Below are positions 56,346 to 64,000 of a DNA stretch of 64,000 bases, piece by piece; within the stretch, counting starts at the first letter, position 1, and each line of letters starts with the position of its first letter. The stretch spans positions 85,948-149,947 of the forward strand of contig OZ199838.1 of NCBI GenBank assembly GCA_964304625.1. Direction: 5' to 3'. The position numbers and the translations under genes were made by a program. The stretch is from Kudoa neothunni (lineage: Eukaryota > Animalia > Cnidaria). The notes under the pieces are model-generated. The model saw only the letters and a list, made by a program, of their open reading frames with translations, made no database searches and was not told where the DNA came from.

Positions 56346-57186
56346 CAGTATTTCAAGATCTAAATTAAATCGTCCTTAGCGGAGGAAAAACTTATTTAGT
56401 TGTCGCGAATTTTTTTTATTAAATGTTATAATTAATGGTAAAATTAAAGATACAATCCTAAAAATGTATAATTGAGATAAACGTAAAAACTCTAGCATAG
56501 AAGCTGATCTATTTGTGCAATAATTAGCATATTTTTTACATCAAAAGTATGTTATGAAATTTCTCCAAAATAAACCACTTTATATTCCCGTCGTTTATGT
56601 AAATGAATGGGGGTTTTCCATTTCAATGAAAAGTTCACTTAGTAGAACGACTTTTGAGATTAGAGCAAATTTCAAAATTTAAAATGTCCGATCTAACAAT
56701 ATAACATTAATTTCAGCCATGAACTGAAAGAGTCTGGATTTTTAAACCAACATATATTTCTGGTTTTCACAAATAAATTATTCAACAATCTGAATGATGA
56801 AGAAATCTAAAGAGTTATTCTTGTTATAGACAATGTTAGATTCTATCAAACAAATTTAATTATGGAATTAAATCCAGACAAGCAATCATAAGCTTTCATT
56901 ATTGCCATCATATTCGCAATTTCTCGATCCAATCAAGAAGTTTTCTCATCATTTAAAAACGATTGTAACGAATTAATCTCCAAAAATTAAGGAGAACTGC
57001 TAAACACCATTATGGAGAGTCTCGTAGAAGTTACCTCACAAAACTGTCTTAATTATTTAAACCACGCTGAATCCTATTTTCAAATATGTTTTAATATAGA
57101 AGAAAACAATAAATAATTAAAATAATTCATTTCTAAGAAAGTTGCAATTTGATTTCACCCAGTTGCATTTAGTTCTTGATATACTG
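56346..57186 (+). mobile_element. Tc1/IS630-type transposon, internally deleted and degenerate
   Basis: TIRs cagtatttcaagatctaaat / cagtatatcaagaactaaat, with TA on the right and CA on the left. DDE remnants: VYVNEWGF, LVIDNVRF, LPSYSQFLDPIK. Confidence 0.75.
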
Positions 57187-57361
57187 TAGAGAAGATTCGA
57201 ACCAATTAAATGTGTGTACAACTTGCAAGTAAGAGTTTCCGGGATTATAGATATTCTGCACATCCTCAAATACATTATTTTACTTAGTAATTTTTAATTT
57301 TATTACATATTTTTCATGCATTACAGAATGTGAACTAAACAATTTTTTTTATTTCTATTAA

Positions 57362-59363
57362 CCCTCTAAAAATGTGGGGTATATTTATATCCCAAACGAT
57401 TTTAGACTTCAATTTTTTACCACATAGAATATCAAGATTTCTTCAGCGACCCTTTCTAATCCCAAAATATTTTTTTATCTACTAAAAATAAAATTTTATT
57501 TTGTTGGATAAAACTATTTACTTTCGAATGAGTCTGAGTCTGAGTGATTATAATGGAAGCTGTTCTGATATTGATTTCTCAGACAACGATTATTTTCTTA
57601 TGGTGTTATTTCATAGAATTGTTAGATGTTGATTACAATATTCAGATCAATTCACATTTGGATAAAAATGGTACTTTATGGAAGACTGAACCTCCGTTAC
57701 CCACTAGAATAGCAGCCGAAAACATGATGTATAATCGCTTCGGTGTTGTTCCTGGGATATCCCAAAATGTAAATAATGCAACTGATTTGTTTCGAGTATT
57801 TTTTAACGAAGAAATGTATGAAATTGTTTTGAAATACTCCGATCAATGATGCGGAGAGCACATTTTCGACAATTCTTGGGCAGAGTTAGACCAAATAGAA
57901 TTGGATGTCTTTTGTTGATGAGTGTTCATAGGGATAATCAAGAACCTATTTCGGAACTATTTGGCCCAGATGAAGGGAGGAAGATTTACCTTGATTTATT
58001 TACTTTGGATCGATTTAGACAAATAATGCGATCTCACCATTTTGTCGACGTGGAAACAGATAAATTTTGCCATAGCCGCGAATTATGGAATATTTGGGAT
58101 AATTTACTCATACAAAGCTTTCGTCCTTTAGAAGATCTCCGCATCGACGAGCAACTTGTTGCATTCAGAGGTCGCTACAAGTTCAAGCAGTATATGACGT
58201 CTAAGCCAGCCAAATATGGAATCAAGTTTTTTTGGTTGGTCGATCCTGAATCAACCTATGTATATAACATTAGTGTGTATTTGGGAAACCGAAATAATGA
58301 TGCTGTTAGCAGTTAATGTTGGAAAAAATATTGTTTTACAGCTATTAGAACCGTTTTATGGTTCAGTGAGGAATTTAGTTAGTGACAATTTTTTAACCTC
58401 CGTTGAGCTGGCCGACGATGCGCTCAAATAAAAGGGAAACCTCTCTCTACTTGCGACTTAAAAAAGAGCCAAATTAATACTTCTCTATTTGTTTTTCACG
58501 GCAAAAATGATATTAAGATATCTGTCGCATAAAAATAAGCCAGTCTATATGTTTTGTTCTTCGACGGCCAACGTTCACACAGCGACAGAACCACCACATA
58601 AATCTTACGTTAAAGTTTATTATAACTCTATTAAAGGTGGAGTTGATACGATTTCTAGATTTTTAACATCAGTGAGTTTGAAAAGAATCACTCGTCGTTT
58701 TTATAATATGTTGGACAATTCATTTATCAACACTTTCTTTATTTACAAAAACGTATCTAATTCGCCAAATTTTGTGAGGAGGGATTTCCTGAAAATGCCA
58801 GCTGAACAGTTAGCTGGTCCATTAGTTTCAAGCAAGAACCAAAACGTGATACCAGTTAACCCGTTAAATACATCCAGAGATTCATCCGTCAACGATAATT
58901 ATTCCGAATGTCGATTTTGTATAAGGAAAAAAGACAGAAAAACAACAGTAAGATGTGATATTTGTTCTTCTCCTTGTCGTAAGCTCCACTCAAAATGCAT
59001 TTTACGGTATATTTGAACCATTAACACTAACATTCTATTTTCTTGTTGTTTAGGAGTATTTTACATTTGTTATATATAAGTGCTAGAATTATTTATCTGT
59101 AATTTAAGCATAGTCTGACGAAAAAATATGGAGGTAAATATAATAAATATTCAAAATATGTGTCAAAATAGACATCTGAAACTTTTGTGCGTCTGCGCGA
59201 ATAATAATTATTAGCAGTTTGTGACTAATTACACAAAATTTATTCGATATAATTTTATAAAAATTTTTCACATTATTATTATTAGTTTTATCAAACAAAA
59301 ATATGGGTGTATTTATACCTCAAAATGATTTGATGTGTGTAAAATTTTGAGTTTTTAGAGGGG
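57362..59363 (+). mobile_element. piggyBac transposon, near full-length (same family as 26630-28874)
   Basis: TTAA|ccctctaaaaa ... tttttagagggg|TTAA. Motifs: IDEQLVAFRGRYKFKQYMTSKPAKYGIKFFWLVD, VSDNFLTS, YNSIKGGVD, and CRD CRFC..RKT..CDICSSPCRKLHS. Frameshifts and a small deletion are present. Confidence 0.95.
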
Positions 59364-60599
59364 TTAATATGCCCTTCTGAGCTCGTTAACAGCCTTTGTT
59401 AATGTTGAAGTTGTGTTCTTTCACTAATAATTTCAAAATTCTAGTCTTCATCACATTTAAAAACATTGTGGAGATTAGTTGAGACGTTTATCGTAACTAT
59501 TTCCAGAACCATCTCGTCATCCTCCGTTGCAGGGTGGCACATCAACCGACGTCGGAAAAAATTAAATTTGATTAGGATTAGGGATTCAAAAAATCGAGGG
59601 TTAACTTCGAGGGTATAGGGATTATCCTTTAGTTCGAAGAGATGAAGTCAATGTATTAACCAGACTGTGTGATTCGGTCGGTCACAATGGATTTTTGTAA
59701 TCAATGTTAGGAGAAATTTTCTTATCAAAATTCAGTAATGCGTTATTTTTTGGAATAAAATATTATATTTCTTTTGAAATATCAGCTAAGCTACAGTACT
59801 ATAGTATCTGTGTGGAACTTAGGGCGGAGTCACATACGAAATCGCAACTATAGTTGTTTCCTACAATTCGCCCTGTTAATTCACTCCCTTTTCAAATTTT
59901 TTTCATTTTTATTCTTAGAAAAAAAATTACATTATGTCGTTAAATTCAGATCAAAAAGAATAACCTATAAACCGGAATTTAATCTTAAGTCGAGCACATT
60001 CGGATTCGCACGGAATCTCGGTTGTTGATAAATACATCAAATAAATTATTAATTCTCAATAATTTTAACAAATTCGAAGTCTTTCATTATTCACTGAATT
60101 TTTTTTATTAATATCTGTCAATAATTAGTTTGTAAATGTTCAATCTAGACTTCGTATTTTAAAATCAGAACTTTCTGATTTATTCTATTAAAAATTAGAA
60201 CGAAGATGTTTCAATTTACGATGACATAACTTAATGTGGTTTTTAGTTTATAAATTTTTTTGCTTACTTTATTCATGATTTAAAAAATGTTATTGCAATA
60301 TTTGTTCCAAAATTCAAACAAGAAAATTTTTATTTTATTTTTTTAACTTATCATTTCATTCATATTCGTTGAGTAATTAAAAACAAAAAGACTATTTAAT
60401 TATTATTTAATTAAATTAACTTTAAATTATAGCAATCGTTATAAATTAAAATATATGTTTTTTAAGTATTTTCAGTAAAATCAATTATGGATGTTACTAA
60501 CTCAAGAGCATTTTTTCATTATTTATCTCAACAATATAAAATGAAATAATACGTCATATTTTATAATCTACTTCATTTTTTGTTGTGTGGTTGAATGTT

Positions 60600-63500
60600 G
60601 CAAGCGTTTTAAACTAATATAATTAATTTACTGAGATATAATATCTATCCAAATCTTTAATAATCCTCACTTCAACACATAATCACCTCGTTTTTAAAGG
60701 CCTAATTTAGGACAAAACCTAATTGGACAAGCATTGTTAATGAGTCCGAGCAGAAGCTAGGACACGCGGAAATAATGCCAGCCCTAAATGTTCTGATTAT
60801 TTAGATTACAATTCAAAATAATGCAATTTTAAAAAATTTACAGAAGTTTCTTGTTGAAAGAGTATTGGGTTTGCTGAGAACACAAATGTTGTCGATCTCC
60901 ATCTCTGGGAAAACTTCTCACTCATTAAATAGAGGGAGTGCACTTATAAACCTCACACTATATTTAAATATACTATCAAATCTTCGCATTTAGAAACTCT
61001 GAAGGACTCAACTGGCACAGATAATTTAAAATTTCATAAATGTCCAATTTTAAACAGACAGATGAGTGTTGGTCAGGTTACAAAGTCTAAAGTTAAATAT
61101 AGGACTGGTTAGGAACCAGCTGAAAGAGACGATTGCAGATCAACTTGAATTAAACGAAATATTTTTTCTGGGAGTGGATTTTGGATCACATTATCAAAAA
61201 CTTGAAATTTTTGAGGCATGGAGTGAAAGGATGGCTATGCCAAGGTATATTGAAATGATTTATTTGACACATTCTTGACCAATCGAAGTAAATGAGCTTC
61301 CATTAAATTTTTAGAGGGTTTATAGCGCAAACTCGTCTCTATATTAACAATGGCACATGCGATTACATCTGTCTTTCATCCTAATTATAAAAAGTTGGGA
61401 TGTTTAAAGTGGATTATATATAATGATAAAGTTAAAATGACAGTTATAAATATATATTCCACAATTTTAAATCAGTTAGCTGATAGTCTAGTAAAAAACT
61501 GTATTCGCGATAACATTAAATAAGTTGAACAAAACGTGGCGACTAGCGAGCTTCATTCTGGTAGAAAAAGATGTTAACCGTTTGACTACGTTCGAGACAA
61601 AAAAATAAAAACATTCAGTTCCGATAGACAATTATATTGTGAAAACCACTCAAAACTTATCTGCTCAAAATTCTCCAAATGGATCAATTATTAGGTTTCA
61701 AAAAAATATATTAAAATTCTCATTTCTCATTATAGACGATTGATTCTATTAACCCCCAAAAATATAACTTATTCTGAACTTATAAAATATTTGACTCTTC
61801 ATAAATAGGAATGGTCATACGACTTACATTAGTCAAACAATGACTTATATATACAATTTATTGGTTTCGGCATTATTCATACAATCTTACAGGCACTATT
61901 TTTAGTCATTACTCGAAAATTAATGATTAGATTTAAGTTTAGTCCTCATAAAACATCGTAAGATATTTTATACCATTATAGAAAAAAATATCTGGGGTCA
62001 TATTGAACCCAAAAGAAGGAGAGTGTATTGGCGATTTTGGGGCGCTCGGAAGGTTAAAATTAATTAATTATTGAAGAGGAAACTGTTACAGCGACTAAAT
62101 AATGGTGGAGCCCAAAAATAGTATTTCGACCTTAAACAGACTAAATCCAGCATTCAAACTGCAAAAAATAAATTCATTATATTAATGCAGTAAGATATAA
62201 TATCCAGTCAAAAATACAGCCGATTACAAATATGAACTAAAACTTCTGGAAAAGTCTGTATTGCGTTTTCATCCCCTTGGAAGATTTTTCATTTATCCTC
62301 TAAATTTTCTTTTAGCAAAATGAATAAATCATAATTTCATCACTTTTACAATTAGGAGACCCAGTTATTTCGATATCAGTCATAGTTTTTTCTTGAAGTT
62401 GCATTAATCGTTGTCCAATTAGACTGGCTTTTTTTGGAGTGACTCGGGGTTGTTTTGTAACTGAAAAATCATTAGACTGTGTCTTTTCAAAAAGCTTCTG
62501 AACTCTCGAAGCCAAACTTTCCATCACGACAGGTGGATTTTCTGGACTAGATGAGTGAAATGTTTCGTTCTCTAAATTCTCATATCGATGAACCAGATCG
62601 ATAGCCGTACTGTGTTTTCTTTCTGCGACTTTAGTTAAGTTCAATATCGGACTTCTTTCGGATTCACTGGAAACTAAAATTTATCAAATTATATTTGAAC
62701 GTCAATTTGTATAAATGAAATAACCAGGTTTTCTATTTCTGGCAGAAATCCTCGGTGACGACTTCGATTTATGATTAATAGGTGAGATAGGAGAATTTTC
62801 AGAGTTGTCATTTCTTTTGACAATTACTGACTTGCTGGACCTTGGGGAAAGTATTTTGTTTGAATCGGTGGAATGAGGTTGTTGTAGACTTTGATCATCA
62901 CTTTCCTGCTCGAGAATACTTTCAGTTTCAATCATAGCATTTTGAATTAATTTTCTCGACCATGGGACGTTCTCATACATTTTTCTCTTGTCTAAGTGAA
63001 CGATAGATGTTTCAAACAAAAATCGTCGAAAAATTGTATACCTTCATCCTGTTCATATTTAGCGTTATAGTCGGAAATAGTTTCAAGTAGGTTCATGGCA
63101 GTGGAGGCTCTTTCTAAATTTCCCATCGAACCGTCACAATCATTCCAAATTTACATAATGAAGTTTACCTATTAATCCTTGATCTCTCTCTTCTTTGACA
63201 GGTTCAGATAGATTGGGTGAACTAGCATTTGATGGGAGAGTTTCTTCAGGTATAACAGGGGCGGTTTTTGGATTTACAACATCATTTTCGGAAAGCTAGC
63301 AAGTTATATTACGTAAAGTTTTACATTAAACACAAAGTTTAACAAACCAATACATTTCTGTGTCCATCGCTTGAAAAGCTTAGGCCTTCGTTATTGTTAC
63401 TGCTTGGATTTAGGTCGTTCTCGGTCTGTGTGTAAAAAAATAATAGGAAAAATCCGCAAAGAAAAGTTACGAAAACTGTTTTTAACGTATGACAGGACAT

Positions 63501-64000
63501 ACGAGACTGTGCAACATCTTCTTTTACTAAATTAAATCGAAAATTAAATAATTTAAAATATATTTCAACGATAATTACCAGATAAAATAGTTGAAACATG
63601 TGATCCTACTTTTTCACCAAGTAAAGCGGACAGTTTCTAGCAAAAAATAAACTAGTAAATTACTTGAAATAAATAGTTTACAGTGTCATTCAAATTTATG
63701 GACATATTTTCCAGAATAAGGGCTTTAATGTGTGTGATCCATTGGTCTTTTATTTCCATCTTTTTAGCCTGCGGAGTTTATATCAAAAGATGCCCATAAA
63801 TAACAGGTATAAATGCCTCAAAAATTGTCTTCTTTTTCGGTTTACCATAGGAACTTATTTCAAAGGCAGTTGCTGATTTGGAAGACGTTTCAAGTAAAAT
63901 AATATCAGTTATCTACCGAACATCAAGTTAAAATCATGAGATCGGTATTTTTGTGCATTGAAAATCGAATGATTACTGGGAACTGTTTATAAAAACTGAG
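60600..64000 (-). CDS. Unidentified multi-exon gene with Ser/Pro/Lys-rich low-complexity exons, continuing beyond the window
   Basis: A series of minus-strand open segments (62312-62675, 62720-63020, 63040-63150, 63170-63295, 63350-63430 and others) separated by short GT-AG introns. The 3' end near 60600 is approximate. No domain was recognised with confidence. Confidence 0.55.
61578..62053. mobile_element. piggyBac-type non-autonomous element within an intron
   Basis: The right end ctcggaagg|TTAA with tggggtcatattgaaccca matches the end at 20460. The left end TTAA|ccgtttga is only a weak match. Confidence 0.4.

Noticed and set aside
57544-59016. Domesticated piggyBac (PGBD-like) gene or active transposase
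   Set aside because: The ORF is split by frameshifts and a deletion around the GT(V/M)R motif, and it is still bounded by TIRs and TTAA, so it is an ordinary decayed element.

Overview
AT-rich eukaryotic (animal-like) genomic DNA with many very short GT-AG introns (mostly ~35-60 bp) and a heavy load of decayed transposons. It is consistent with a compact, possibly parasitic metazoan genome, but the taxon cannot be determined from this window. Host genes, reconstructed by hand across introns: a secreted five-domain Kunitz protein (+, 20605-22096), a GT7 beta-1,4-galactosyltransferase (+, 23990-25334), a secreted ADAM/reprolysin-disintegrin with a destroyed zinc site (-, 25877-32589), a divergent Nup133 (+, 36566-47739), MAPK15/ERK7 (-, ~50235-53418) head-to-head with eIF2-alpha (+, 53838-55145), and an unidentified multi-exon gene running off the right edge (-). 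Mobile DNA includes a Helitron RepHel fragment, non-autonomous Helitrons, a SWIM-type MULE split by nested Helitrons and a piggyBac, three hAT lineages plus a MITE with a perfect 8-bp TSD, at least eight piggyBac-derived elements and a Tc1/IS630 remnant. The most notable biology is the 20-33 kb block of secretory genes: Kunitz domains with pairwise cysteine loss, a prodomain-less and TM-less pseudo-protease, and a Tyr289-type GalT. Recurrent +1 frameshifts in base runs suggest uncorrected assembly errors. I found no CRISPR array, rRNA or tRNA, and no clearly new biological system beyond these candidates.
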